A stretch of 64,000 bases of DNA from Camelus ferus (taxonomy: Eukaryota), in NCBI RefSeq assembly GCF_009834535.1, contig NC_045697.1:84632001-84696000 (forward strand). Reading direction: 5' to 3'. Each line of letters starts with the position of its first letter. Within the stretch, counting starts at the first letter, position 1. Below are positions 28,853-42,364 of this stretch, one piece after another. Below the pieces are notes generated by a model that saw only the letters and a list, made by a program, of their open reading frames with translations, made no database searches and had not been told where the DNA came from. Both the position numbers and the translations under genes were made by a program.

Positions 28853-29953
28853 CTTACATAGATAAAATATATATTATGATGATGATAAATGTATATTGGA
28901 GAAATTAGATAGAAAATATTTAGTTGAAAAATTCAGTTCAGTCTCCACTTCCTTCACAACTCCCAGACAGTGACCCACGCAGAGCTTGGCTCTGACTTGC
29001 ACACCCAGAAGCAGGTGCTCAGATTTTCTCCAACTAAAATTAGAAGCATAAAAGTAGAGTCTGGGCTGTAGTGTGAGTGAAGATAAAGCCCCTTCTATCA
29101 CCTGGCACTTACTCTTCGTGTACAATTTAGCACACTACTACAAACTGACAAGGTCTGGTGATAACTCATCCTAAATCCTATTAGTTTCTTGAAAAGAAAT
29201 GCTCATACCCACTTTACTTGTTTACTTTGGACACAGTTCTTGCTCTTAATTCAAGCAAGAGAAGTTCTGAAACAAAACACACACCTCCACACACTCTTGC
29301 ACACATATTAAGAGAGAACTGGGCTTCCTGACTTGAGGTATGTATGCTCCTTGGGAAAAAACTATTCATAATAGCTTCAGTCTTCCTTTTTAAATAAATG
29401 TATAAAAGTTCAGTCCTGCAGACTTTTAGGCAGCAGGTGTTAGAAATATATCACAATCCCCAATGAGTACCTACACATTGCCCCTTACAACTCCTTGAAT
29501 GGAACATATTCTCCCAAAAAAAGGAAACAAAATTTAGATATAACTTCAGGCCTCTGAGTATCAGAGATAGAAGTATGCAAATGTAAGCTTCCGAAGTGGA
29601 GGCCTGGAAAATCTGTCACTTTAGAGGGCTGATCATCAAGTCTTAATATCATAGAATTGGGCCTCTTAAAATGTGTGAAGTTGTAATGTTTTGTGCAAGA
29701 CTGAGGGGAAATTTTTGCATCACCTTGCTAGTTTCAAAAGAACACCTTGCTTCCACTGGTCTCACTACGTAGCCCAGGACTTTTCTGAATAGTAACTGGT
29801 TCAGGAAATGCCTTCACACAACGATCATGATTATAATCCAGTAAGTATCCACTTGTTCCAATACTTACTGAGCCGCTTTTTGTGCCAGGCACTCTTCTGA
29901 GTACTGGGGGTAGAGCAATGAAGTCAATGGACAAAGTCTCCGTCCTCTCATAC

Positions 29954-30160
29954 CTTTACTGTGTTATTGGTACACAGTCCCCACTCTTGGTCATTAGGAT
30001 TTTTCACTGTGTTTCCTGTGGTGCGACCTCGGCATATTTGGGAGTTTTTGTTCTGGGAGTCTGGGAGGGGACAGCAGGGCCCTTTGCCTGATGTGTACTG
30101 AACTGCTTGCATTTGGAGCATGTGTCTCCTCTTTCCTGGACCCTGTGCTGTAGAGTCCAT
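29954..30160 (-). CDS. Candidate alternative first coding exon (69 codons), in frame with the intact RhoGAP exons
   Basis: ATG in good Kozak context (gcaATGg). The frame MDSTAQGPG...LCTNNTVK is open up to a strong phase-0 donor AAG|gtatga, and the next exon (28852) begins in phase 0. No homology recognised. Confidence 0.35.
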
Positions 30161-30294
30161 TGCTGAGGCTGAGTGTGGTTAGGCCAGAACATGACCCAAG
30201 CAGAATATGCCAAGGATATTTGCTGTTAGACCTCTGTTTATAGATAGTTTAATGGCAAACTCAATGTGGTATTGATGATATATTCACTTCTGGT

Positions 30295-30480
30295 TTAGAA
30301 CAGCTCTCTGATTAGTTGACATGTGGTAATATCAAGGCCAAGGTTGCATAGTCTGATTCCCCATCAAGATCAGTCAACTTTAGGAATGTCTAAGAACTGT
30401 ACCCATGAGTAGCCAGCCTATTGCAAGTCTGTGCTTGCAATGTGGAAATAAGCAAGAGCCTAACTCTTACTAGAAAATCA
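30295..30480 (+). mobile_element. Ancient tRNA-derived SINE remnant (MamSINE1-like)
   Basis: Decayed tRNA-like head aggccaaggttgcatagtctgattcccca..cagtcaactt. Confidence 0.4.
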
Positions 30481-30779
30481 AATCAACCAGTTTCATGTGT
30501 GCACCTTATAAAGGGCAACACTTGTCCTGCTTTTTGCATACCTAGTGTGTATTATTATTTGCTAGTATGGTAGGAGTCAACTCTAAGTCATTTCTGAACT
30601 GTTGCTGTTTATCACGCAATCAAATTATGATTGAACATTAATTAATAGGGAACAAGGAATGTAACCAAATTTCTAAGATAATTTTAATAACCTGTTTGTA
30701 GCCACTACTACATTAACATATTTTTGTTTAGAGCTGCTAATAAGTACCAAGATGTATTGGTTAAATTCATTCTCTGTTT

Positions 30780-30920
30780 GGGGAGGATATAGCTCAAGTG
30801 GTAGAGCATATGCTTAGCATGCAGGAGGTCCTGGGTTCAATCCCCAGTGTCTCCTCTAAGAATAAATTAAGAATAAATAAGTAAACCTAATTACCTCCCC
30901 CTACCAAAAAAAAAAAAAAA
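30780..30920 (+). mobile_element. tRNA-derived SINE (camelid Vic-1-like)
   Basis: Same family as 25766: tRNA-Ala-like head, then aaacctaattacctccc and polyA. Confidence 0.88.
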
Positions 30921-31758
30921 TAATAACAATTCTTTCTTGGTTCCATTACTCCCCTTGTACAAATGTAACTGGATACTTGTGATTTAGCTGTATCATTTGA
31001 AAATCAATCCATTTCTTAAATACATCAATTGAATTTTCAGAATTCCAAACTCATTTTGACTGCTGCACCCACTTTAAAAGACAGATTTATAAGAAGAGAC
31101 ATGTGGTGGTAGGATTTGATCACTATGTAACTATAACCATGGGTGGTGGGTTAAACATAACAAATGTTAACGAAGGATGCCAAAGGCGGTAAAAGGAGAT
31201 TAAAGGAGGCACAAATGGTGTAGTCATCCCTATACCAATTTCAAAGTAAAAGGCATTAAGAGACAAGGGAAGGGAGGTCGATGAAGTCATAAGAGATTTT
31301 GGTGGCCTTAGTGAGCATTTTTTGATTTGTCATAAAGCTAATGTTTACTTTCTTTGGTAAACTTCTATAACTATTTCCAAAAGCTTAGTATGAATTTTCT
31401 TTTGGAAACTTTGTCTTCATTAGGAAGGTGGTGAGGAAGTCATCAAAAGCAGAAAGCTCGTTTTGTACATCGTATATGGGTGTGTGTTTGCAATTTATTA
31501 TCATTACTATTTTTCTTCGTGGAGTGTTCATGAATGAAGATGGAGAGGGTGTTGTGTGATGAAAAAGGAAAGTATACCTAACATATGGGACTCTTAACCT
31601 CTAAAGAAGCTTCCTTTCATTTTGAGTCTGTGAAGTGTCTTTCAGCTTTTCAGATCCTTCGTCTGTTATTCCTGTTGTTCTTGGGCAGTTATGATGTAGG
31701 ACCAGTCATACAGCTTCAGAGTTACTCTGTGTGTGGATAATGCTAGAACTTTCCCCAC

Positions 31759-31920
31759 CTTTAAGACGGATGCCACCACAAGAACGGACTCATCATCCAA
31801 GTTTACTTTGTCCCCAGAATTCAGTTTCTCCTATAGGGCTCTGCATGATTTTATACTGGCTGATTTTCTGAAGATGCCTTCTGTGAGCAGATCTTTTATA
31901 CTGATAAAATAGAGCATATC
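31759..31920 (-). pseudogene. ARHGAP20-like RhoGAP arginine-finger exon (162 nt); nonsense codon
   Basis: Acceptor ccctatag, donor AAG|gtgggg. Translates DMLYFISIKDLLTEGIFRKSASIKSCRAL*EKLNSGDKVNLDDESVLVVASVLK. TAG at 31831-31833. Confidence 0.92.
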
Positions 31921-33263
31921 CTATAGGGAAGAAAAGATGAGAAAAGTATATGGTATTTGATATCTACAAGCCCAGAGCGCAAGCTTGCCCTCTTTTTGAG
32001 AGAGCTGGGGTGTGTGAGTTTGCAGTGCTAGAGCTGGAGGGACTAAAGCCAATTTGGAATTTTTTCTCAGTGTCTCTAAATGTATTTTCTACCAACGGTC
32101 CATTTTACATTCATACAATGAAACGTTTTAAACGCTTGTTTAATCAGATTTTCCTTTTCAGTGAATTTACACTGTTAAACTTCTCTGCTTTGAGGGCTTT
32201 GTAGAATCACCCTCTCCTCCTTCACTGGTCCTGTCTCATTATTCCCTGATACAGATGCTCTTCCCGAAGTGTGAGAATCTTTGCCATGCTCATTTTCCAT
32301 TTGTTATTCCCCTTTCAGTGACTGTATACCTCAGTTCCTTTATTTCCTCCCCTCTTTTAAAATCGGGCTCAAAACCCCTCACCTTCTCCTCTGATGACAT
32401 TCCCTTCTTGTCAGTCTTCCCTTTGGTCTGTGGCTTACAGAGTAGGCAGATAACAGGTTTTGGAGTCAGGTAATCCAAGGAATCTGGAATCTGTTATGCT
32501 ACCTATCTGCTGTGTGGCCTTGGATACAGCACATACTTACTGAGGCTTTTTTATTTTTCATTTTTGGGGATGATGATAATCACAGCTACCCCCTAAACTT
32601 GCTATGAAAGATGCAAGGACTGGGTTAGTAGCTAGCATGTAACTAGTATAAGTTTCTTCATATCTGGCATAAAATTCCTTATATCTAGCATAGTGCTTGG
32701 AGAGATAGTGGACGATGAATAAGCGTTAACACTGACAATTCAATATAGTAATTTGAGGTAACACAGGCCAAATTCTGTGACTTTCATTTGACACATTCTG
32801 TCAAGATTAAACAATTCATATTTGCCAGAGGATGAGAATTATATGCTTAAATCCTTGGATTGCAAAACAAATCCATGTGAGATTTTGAGCTGTGTAAGAC
32901 TGAGTAGACTCAGCTGAAGGAGACTTGAGGCTAGGAAGGAGGTGAAGAGGGAATATAAGGATGCGATGGACTCCCGGATATTCATGCACACAGAGCCCAT
33001 TTTAATTGATCTGAGCAAGTGTATGTGGGTCTTTGCTAAAACTGGTGGAATGGACAAGAGTATCTTTTCCCGTGTATACGCCTTATGGCTCTGCAGTATC
33101 TAAATCAGATGTTATTCTTTGAAGGCATATTAACAAAACTTCTCAGCCAAAGCCAGGGGCTGTCTAAACGACTTGCCCACCTGGGGATAGGTTTGGATGA
33201 GTACACATGACTTCTCAGAGCTCCCCTCCTCAGGAGGGCTACAGAAGACCAAAATGAACCTAC

Positions 33264-33439
33264 CAGAACTGGGGTGGGCAGGTTGTCATTGTTGCACACA
33301 TCCATCAGAGGAACTCCAAAGAGTTGTCCCAGCTTTGTGGTTGGTGGAGCTGAGCACTGGTTGTCCTGTCGAGTGCTGGAGCACTGCCAAAAGGCTCAGT
33401 TTTTGTCAGAACTTTTCTTAACTGCCTTCTGACCTGAAT
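33264..33439 (-). pseudogene. ARHGAP20-like exon (176 nt), start of RhoGAP domain; nonsense codon
   Basis: Acceptor ctccattag, donor CTG|gtaggt. Translates SGQKAVKK..N*AFW...GQLFGVPLMDVCNNDNLPTPVL. TGA at 33396-33398 replaces the expected Trp. Confidence 0.9.
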
Positions 33440-36128
33440 CTAATGGAGAAGAGAGATTATTACTAGTAGTAGTTTAATTCATTTTACCTTACTTCCACTA
33501 TTTCCATTTTATAGCATGTTCCTTGCAATGGCTAAAAGAAAGAGAAACTGAGTCACTTGTATAGAATTTCCCACATTCTGAAATTGGCTAATTGCATCCT
33601 TGTGGTGTTACTGTAGTCTTCCTCCTCATGCCCTGCAAATGGGGAGTTAAAGCTAGAGGCTTGATCAGACTCAGAGTTGATTCTCCCAGTGACAGTACTT
33701 CCCAGACAGTGCTATCTACTGCCTCTGCACTGCATCATGAAGGCACTTAACCGGTAGTTACACAAGTTTCTTGACAAGTACTGTCAGTGGATTCAGATGT
33801 CAGATCTCCTTTTAAAAGCTAAAATTATTTGGTCTTCAAATTAAGCAGAGTTTGGTAATCATCTGATTTCACAGTAAGTTTCCTCCCACTCTTGAATTTT
33901 CTGTTTGGTTTTCTGAGTGGCCAACCATGGTCAGCCTCCTCCCAGCAAAAGGATCTGCCTTTCATGACACAACCTGCCCGACCCTACTTCTCAGCCAGCC
34001 TCTGGACGCTCTCCTTTGAGAGGCTACCACCCTTGGGCAGCTCCGTGGATGACTTTCTGCAGTCAGGGTCCTTGGGAAGTAGTCATTAAATGCTGGCTCT
34101 TTGATAAGATACCAGGTTGCCATGTTCCTGTAACACCCTACCATTCGAACCAGAGATGATTTTTACCCAACAGCCCCTGTCAAAGGAATGCTGACACAAG
34201 GCTTTTCAAAGAAAAAGTGATCAGCAGTGAAAGGTGAGTTCAAAATTTCTACTGCTCAGCTATGAATGTTTTACTGATATTTGCTTAATAACCTGCTTAA
34301 CATTTGCTCAAATAACCTACTTAAATAACCAACTAAAAAAGTCAACAGAAGAGCCAAGTGGTAGAAAAATAAACAGATGAGCAATATTTTACTAAATACC
34401 CTTAAATGTCCATCCACTTGGCTTTTCTGAGACGTGGTGAGTGCATCACCATGTTCACCCACGTGGGCGAAACACTCGCAGTGCTGGATGAGAGAACCAG
34501 AAGGCTCCGGGTTCTGCCATTTAGTTGGATAAGTTACTCAAAACTCTTTGAACTTTGGTTTGCTCAGATTTAACATAAATGATGCTACCTACACCTCACT
34601 GGACTAGATAGTATAATGTGCTACTCAGCACAAGACATGGCTCATAGCAGCCTTCATCAAAGTGATTTCCCTCACTCACAGGGCCTAAGGCAGCCTAGAC
34701 ATCAGTATCCTTCCCCCAGAGCAGACCCCACTCCCATTCTCCATTTGATTTTGCAGCTTTGAGAAGATATACAGTCATGAAGGAGTGCCACCACTCTCCC
34801 TAAGGCTCTTCCTGCTCTGACAGTCATACCTCTGTCATTTTAAAAGGAGAGAAGAAAGAAAGCAAATACAGTCTTAAAACCAGGAGGATATTCTCTACAT
34901 TAACATGTACAAATGTTTGTTTAAGACACATGTTTATATAGGTTGAGTTGTTTTATGCAACCTGGTTTCCTTACTCTTAACCTGATTTTATTATTTCTAA
35001 AACTCTCCAAATGTATTCAATTGCTCAGCTTTCATAAGAGGGGTGCTCTTAAGAAGAGTGCTCTATCCCTTGTTACAAAGCTGTATGTCCAGCTACTGTA
35101 TGAGCATAGACAGAAAGCAGAGTAGACACTGAGTCCTGTACTTTTTTCAGGCTTAGTTGGACCTTTTGTAATGTACATTGTTTGGTGTTAGAGTTCACGT
35201 GGCCTCTGTGACCAATAAAAATATATGCGATAGCTATGAAAAGTAGGGGGACTATTAAACAAGCTAACTTTATAACCTTGCCTTCCTTGCCTTTCCTGGC
35301 AAGATTTAAGTTAATGTTTCCTCATGCTCAAATTAGGATTTGAGTAGTAAAAAATAAAACTTTTGAAACATTGTGCTTATAAAATAACAATCATAACAAT
35401 AAAAATACTTTCTTAGTGGAAAGTAGAAATTCTCTTCTGGTCCAAATATTTCCCAAGTAAATAACATATTTTCTTCAAAGAAAGAAATGTCAATGGGACA
35501 ATATTGGAACGGTGGGGGAAAAATTGCAGGAGAGAAAAAGAAAAACAACACAACCATAAACATTCAGTCTGGTTCCAGTTGCAACATGAGTCTAAAGCAG
35601 ACATGGAGAGTGAGCTTGCTATAAGGGTAGAAATGAGAGTTCATTTCTAACTGGAACCCTCAAGACCGGTTCAACCTAAGCCCAGAATAGAATCCAGTTC
35701 AATTCCATAACTCTGCTCCACTGGAGTTCTTCCATTCCAGATGTGCCTAAGTCATACAGTCATCTAACCACTTCCTGTGGGGGCCTGAGATGCTGACAAA
35801 ACCCTGGGACAGGGAAGATGTGTTCCCAGGCTGTAAGAAGCTTGTGTTCTCATAAAACACACAGACCTAGACACACATAATTTTATGTAGGAAGTGCTCT
35901 GGGGATACAGAGAAGGGAGCTGTCTGTCTAGAGGAATTGAAAAAACAAAAACAAAAACTAAACCTTCCTAGAAGTGAGTCTCTGAGCTTGTTCCTGGGTG
36001 GGTATTGAGTGCCCACCTATGCTATCTCCCCCACCCCACATGGACAATCGGCTCTGTGTCATGAGTTTGGTTTCAGGAGTAGAGACGTGAGCCAAGAGAA
36101 GACACTTGCAGGAAGAGAAGGGGCTCAC

Positions 36129-36317
36129 TGCTCCCCTGCTGGCTCCTGGCTGGGTGCCTGGGCTTCAGGATGAACTGGCCTTGAATCTCTGGGGACTCCT
36201 CCTGTAAGAGAAAGGCCTCCTGGAGGGTGGAAGTAGAGGTGGAGTCCTCTGGTCCCTGTGGCAGGAGCGCAGAAGCTGGAAGATGGCTCATTTTAATTCA
36301 ATAGGGATGTTCATGCC
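36129..36317 (-). pseudogene. ARHGAP20-like exon (189 nt), end of RA domain; nonsense codon
   Basis: Acceptor ccacacag, donor A|gtgagc. Translates GHEHPY*IKMSHLPASALL...QGQFILKPRHP. TGA at 36298-36300. Confidence 0.9.
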
Positions 36318-38127
36318 CTGTGTGGAGAAAAATCTAAATACAGATTCAGGCTACTGGTGATGGGTGTGATCAAACCTACCTTACTGTGAGTGAGGGCACC
36401 ACACTGATGTGGCTTTGGTTCTTCTGGGGCCTCTGGATAAAAATTCTGTGTCTTCTGAGTGAGCATGATGTGTGCTCTCATGAGGGGACACCCTGCAAAA
36501 AGCAGGTGCCCAAGCAAAAGAGTTTGAAAAGTAAAGAGAAAATGTTTTTAGACATGTTGCTTGGTTTGGAATGTATAGACCTGTTGGTGCATTGCACAGT
36601 GTTGACTTTTGTTGTGTTTCCATCTGAGGGTTTTAAAGGCCGTCTAGTTTCTGCCTTGACAAATTAACTAGATCTGTACATCTTAGGCGAATCACTTGTC
36701 TTACATTTCTCCTTTTAAACACTTACTCTCACATAGCCTGATAAGGACCAGTGTAAATATATTGATAAACATCGATGCTTACTTTTTTTTAAATAATTGG
36801 ACTATGTATGTTAATAATGGCAATGATCACTATTCTCTTACACATGTCAGTTCAACCAACAGATTTTTCATTTCCTTTTGTGAGTTCAATAGCCAGAGCT
36901 ATTCAAGAGCAGTGGGGTGGTTTGGCTATGTTTCCCTCCCACTGCTGCCTTCCCTTTGAGGGGGTCCTGCCAGAGAGTGATCAGAGGCAAGGCTGCATGG
37001 TGTTTGAAACCCAGAAGCAAAGTGCAAAACAGTGTTTACAGAGTGGAAAACCACACCAGAAATCACCGGGAATTGCCTGCTAAGTGATTTGTTTTCTCTT
37101 TCATGCCTTAAATTGCTTCCTCCCCATAGGATTCTCAAAGACCTTGTGCAGTGACATAGCTTTCATTTTTTAAGGATAGTATGAAAGGTCTTTTTCTTTC
37201 ATTTCTGATTTATTACTGAATGTAACTTGGGGAGCTCTTGGTTTTGCTTTTCACCTGGTGTAAATGCAATGTCAGTGTTCTGTTCAGAACAAGAATCACA
37301 GTTCCTTCCTTCTTTTAAGACAAAGGAAGCTTCCATGACAGCAATAAAATACAACCAAACCACCAGGATAACCAGAAGCTAGTCCACAATTGAGAATTGA
37401 GAGGATGTAAAAAATGCCCTCAGAATGACTGCTAATGCAATCATCATGAATGACATGCTTTTAGGATTCCTTAGGACCTTAACCATGGTGTGTGAAGCTG
37501 TTCTAAGCCTGAAAGTAGTCATCTACATGGTTTTATCTAAATTAATGCATTTTATTAAAATAAATATATTTAAATATTCATTTTTTTCACTTTATTGCTG
37601 ACTAACTTTTACAAAGATGTCAACATTAAAAAAAAAAAAAGTGGGTGAGGGGATTGTGTCCTCACCTATGTACTTAGTAACTTAATGTGTTCTAAGACTG
37701 GGAATATACACTTCTTAGGAAAAAATTGATTGTTTAGGTTTTCCAGATCACTTGAAGACAGTCTTCAGATCACTTGAAAAAGAATAATAGCTTCATAGGA
37801 TGGTTGAATGGATTAGAAAAAAAAAAAAGATAATGCATGTAAGAGGGAATGCTCCAAGATTTCTAGCAGAAATCATTGTTCCCATTACTATACTGCAAGT
37901 TCTGCTACAGATCCTGTCTTTTCTCTTGTTTTAATCCCTCTATTTTCACCGACCACATTGAACAGATTTGCTCATCCAAGAATATTAGCTAACTTCCTCT
38001 AATAACTGTTTTAGGAGAAGTGAAGTGTAATCTATTTATCAAAAACCTCAAGAGCAATGCTGGTAAACTCAGTCGGAGAAACAGCTAAGTACAGATGGTT
38101 TAGTCAGTGAAGACTTGAAGAGTCTGA

Positions 38128-39531
38128 CCTATGGTCAATTAATCTTCAGCAAAGGAGATGAGAATATACAATGGAGAAAAGACAGTCTCTTCAGCAAGTG
38201 GTGTTGGAAAAACTGGTCAGCAGCATGTAAATCAGTGAAGTTAGAACACTCCCTCACACCATACACAAAAATAAACTTAAAACGGCTTAAAGACTTAAAC
38301 ATAAGACAAGACACTATAAACCTCCTAGAAGAAAACATAGGCAGAACATTCTCTGACAATAATCTTAACGTTATCCCAGGGCAGTCTACCCAGGCAATAG
38401 AAATAAAAGCAAAATAAACAAATGGGACCTAATTAAACTTACAAACTTTTGCACAGCAAAGGAAACCATAAGCAAAACAAAACAACAACCTACAGAATGG
38501 AAGAAAATATTTGCAAATGATGTGACTGACAAAGGTTTAATTTCCAGAATATATTAACAGCTCATACAACTTAATGATAAAACAGATAACCCAATCCAAA
38601 AATAGGCAAAATACTTAAACAAGCAATTCTCCAATGAAAACATACAAATGGCCAATAGGCACATGAAAAAATGCTCAATATTACTAATTATCAGAGAAAT
38701 GCAAATCAAAACTATAATGAGGTTATCACCTCACATCAGTCAGAATGGCCATCATTCAAAAGTCCATAAATGATAAATGCTGGAGAGGGTGTGGAGAAAA
38801 GGGAACTCTCCTACACTGTTGGTGGAAATGCAGTTTGGTGCAGCCATTTTGGAAAACAGTATGGAGATTCCTCAAAAAACTAAAAATAGACTTACTATAC
38901 GATCCCACAATCCCACTCCTGGACATGTATCTAGAGGGAACTCTAATTTGAAAGGATATATCCACCCCAGCACTATATACAACAGCCAAGACATGGAAAC
39001 AACCTAAATGTCCATTGACAGAGGCCTGAATAAAGGAGATGTGGTATATCTATACAATGGAATACTACTCAATGATAAAAAAGAATAAAATAATGCCATT
39101 TGCAGCAACATGAATGGACCTAGAGATCGTCATTCTAAGTGAAGTAAGCCAGAAAGAGAAAGAAAAATTCCACATGATATCATTCATATGTGGAATCTTA
39201 AAAAAAAAAGAAAAAAAAGGAGGATACTAATGAACTCATCTACAAAACAAACAGACTTGTAGACATAGTTAACAATCTTATGGTTACCAGGGGAAAGGGA
39301 GTGGGAAGGGATAAATCTGGGAGTTTGAGATTTGCAAATGTTAACCACTATACATAAAAATAGATAAAAAATAAATTTCTGTATAGCACAGGGAACTATA
39401 TTCAATATCTTCTAATAACTTTAAATGAAAAAGAATATGAAAATGAATATATACACACATACATGACTGGGACATTATGTTATACACCAGAAATTGACAA
39501 ATCATAACTGATTGTACTTCAATTAAAAAAA
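38128..39531 (+). mobile_element. Young 5'-truncated LINE-1 (ORF2 3' end, 3'UTR, polyA) with 18-bp TSD
   Basis: YGQLIFSKG..IQWRKDSLFSKWCW. Perfect TSD aagacttgaagagtctga at 38110-38127 and 39532-39549. Confidence 0.96.
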
Positions 39532-40082
39532 AAGACTTGAAGAGTCTGAATGTGATCTTCTCATTTTCTTTATGATGCTGAGAGAAGTTTTGGACATAGA
39601 GCAGCTGTTAAATAAATATTTGTACTTGGATTCAGCAGCATGGCTAGATTTTAGAAGATTCTCATAAAATAGAGACTACTTACTAGTTAGGAAATGGAAC
39701 AGAAGACTTGAAGACTGGATTATGAAAAATAATGTATGAGTAAAAGAAATTCCAATTTTTGTTGCTTTCACACCCAAGTAGGTAAGTAAATGAGTAAATA
39801 AGTATATAAATAACATTTTTCAATATAGCTGTTTGTCAAGTAAAAAAAAAAAATAGAGAAGAAAAATCCACATTTCTCTCCCCAACTAGACCATAAGCTG
39901 CTGAATGAAGAGATGTTATCCACACCTGGAGTAGAATAAGTGCCTGGAATTATTGAATAAATGTATGAATGACTGTTGCATAAGATTTTCACTTGTAAGG
40001 ACTGATTAACCATTACTTAGAGACTTTAGAGTTACAATTTTAACCCCATCAACCTCATCTTAGGTTTTCTCTGACACTTAAC

Positions 40083-40149
40083 CACTGAGTGGGTATAAGG
40101 CCTCTTTCTTGCCAGAACTGACCTACAGCTGATAATCTTTCTCAGAGCC
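40083..40149 (-). pseudogene. ARHGAP20-like RA-domain exon (67 nt); nonsense codon
   Basis: Acceptor tcttcaag, donor G|gttaag. Translates GSEKDYQL*VSSGKKEALYPLS. TAG at 40123-40125 replaces the expected Trp. Confidence 0.88.
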
Positions 40150-42364
40150 CTTGAAGACAAAAAACAAAGAAACAAATAACCTGTGTGTCACTGCAAATAT
40201 TTCACAGTAGGTACTGTAAGAGCACAGTTCCTTAGCATTTCTGTATTTCCAAAAAGAAAGAATTTGGGCCCATATAAATGCTATTTGATCCAGGGGGTGG
40301 CTACAATTTTTGAGTTAACAGTGCTGATATCAGCAATCCCCCTTGCAGCCTCCAAAGGACCGCCCAAGATTCTTGCCCCTTTTGATAAAGGCTGAGAATC
40401 TGTAGAATCACAGTGCAATCAGTCCCTCTGTGGGTGGCCCATGGCATAAAAAAATCATGGTAATGCCTCTTCACTATGGAGAAGAAGTCTAATCTTGAGT
40501 TCTTTCTGCTGTCTCCAGACTCCTTGGAGAACACTGGCTTTTCCTTCAGATGTCCCTGCCCAGACAAGCGTGTTGTCCAGAGAGCCACATACCCTGCCAA
40601 GACTATTCTTGACCAAGTAAAGCTTGAAAGGCTTATGCTCAGCAACCATGAGCAAAAGGAGACACATGCCCCAAAGTCCTTGAGGAGATGGCAGAGTAAA
40701 GTCATTTCACTGGCTTTGGTGCAGACAAACCCCCTGTGAGGGAGAGAAGGGACAAGGACTCTAACCTAGAGAACAAGTCAGGTGTACAAACAGTCTCTCC
40801 CAGCAGAATCGCTGCCTAGGATACTGGAAGTCCCACTTGAAACAAGTGTAAATTATAAAGACTGCTGCATTATTTAAGAGTCTTCCAGGAGAGGATAAAA
40901 TAAAAATGTTTGAAATAGAATTGTTTGTGATAGATACAATGCTTGCCCTTGACTCCTGATTCCATGGAGGAGGCAGGATCCCAGGTATGGAATCACACAC
41001 ACACACACACACAGCTAAAACTGCTCAAAATTATATTGCAGATAAGGAGTGAGAGCTAATAAAAGTCTTTCCTTTTAAGGTGATGATTGGAAACACTATG
41101 TTGGAATCCCTTAAGTCAGTAATACATATATAGGTAAATAATCCCAGTTCTTCATTAAAATAGAAAATTTTTCTTATCTAGTGAGATTGATCACTTCAAG
41201 TAAAGGAACAGTATAAAAATAAAATAAATGAGCTCTATCATTAATCAATCTCCCCATCCTTATCCCTAAAACCATTTACTTTCTCTGAGATTTAATTTTT
41301 ATTCAGGGCATATATATCATGTAGGTTAGAAATCAGTGCAGAGGTATGCTTTAATCAGTGCAGAGGTAGTGCATATAAACTCAATTTTATTGTAAATGTT
41401 TTATTAAATTTTATTTGTACAGAAATCATTCATTTCTTATACCAAATTCTGGTTCCCCTGAGTTTTTAAAGGGCTTTATTATACCATTGAGTCAGACAAA
41501 ACTTAAATACAAATATTGTAATTATGTCATATCACAACAGTAAGACGTTTGCATATTCACAGAGTTTTATGTAAGGAGCTGTACTTCCTTCAGTTCTGTC
41601 CATCTGAATGTCAGTCTTCCTCACTTTTCCCTTATGCAGCCTTATCCTCAAATATAGCCATCTCTTTCACCAAAAAATTTCCCAACAACTCAGAACAACC
41701 CTAACAAAACATAAAGGAGCAGACACTTGAAAGCAAAACAGGATGAAAGTGATGGGTACACAAATGTCACCAGATCCACAGTCTTATTCAGAACTTGTCT
41801 CCTTTACCAGTTCACAAAGGCATTGGCCATCTCATTCTCAGGACCTGCATCAAGGGGATGTAGCTTCTAGCCAGGTGGTCTTTATGTCAAAATTTAGAAC
41901 AAAACACATCATTTAAGATTTATTCATACTGAGATGGAGTCCTCAGATGACAATCAGGATTAATGAGGATGGGATCGGAGGTATCAGGAAAGAAGTTACA
42001 GAAAAACAGTTCAATAGAGGAGGAGGTATTTAGAATCTTATATTTTATTGTATATGTATATAATGTATACAATAAAAAGTCATGTTATTAGCACTCTAAA
42101 ATTATAGCCTGAATTCATTATGCTATGACTTTCAATTTACACAAAATTTAAAATGGTAATACAAGAATAACACTATTGTATAGACTAATAATAGAGCTTT
42201 ACCATCTTTAATTTCTAAATTTTGGGAGACAAAATGTGATTCACCAGTCTGTAGTAATCAGCTGTCTTATGATGGGAGGTACATTATACACATGCACACA
42301 AACACACACAAATCTGAAAAATCAAAGTTGGTTTTTAACTAAAAATAACTTGCAGTTAACTTAC

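Noticed and set aside
30780..30855. Possible tRNA-Ala gene (also 25766-25840)
   Set aside because: Both copies share a non-tRNA tail and polyA, and the 25766 copy has a clear TSD, so they are SINEs.
30112..40675. 18/20 inverted match between 30112-30131 and 40656-40675
   Set aside because: About one match of this quality is expected by chance in 64 kb, and the flanks do not align convincingly.
40301..40739. Overlapping ORFs on both strands inside an intron
   Set aside because: No recognisable homology and no splice context linking them to the gene.
41331..41368. aatcagtgcagaggta repeated twice
   Set aside because: Ordinary two-copy micro-duplication. No array or CRISPR-like structure was seen anywhere in the window.
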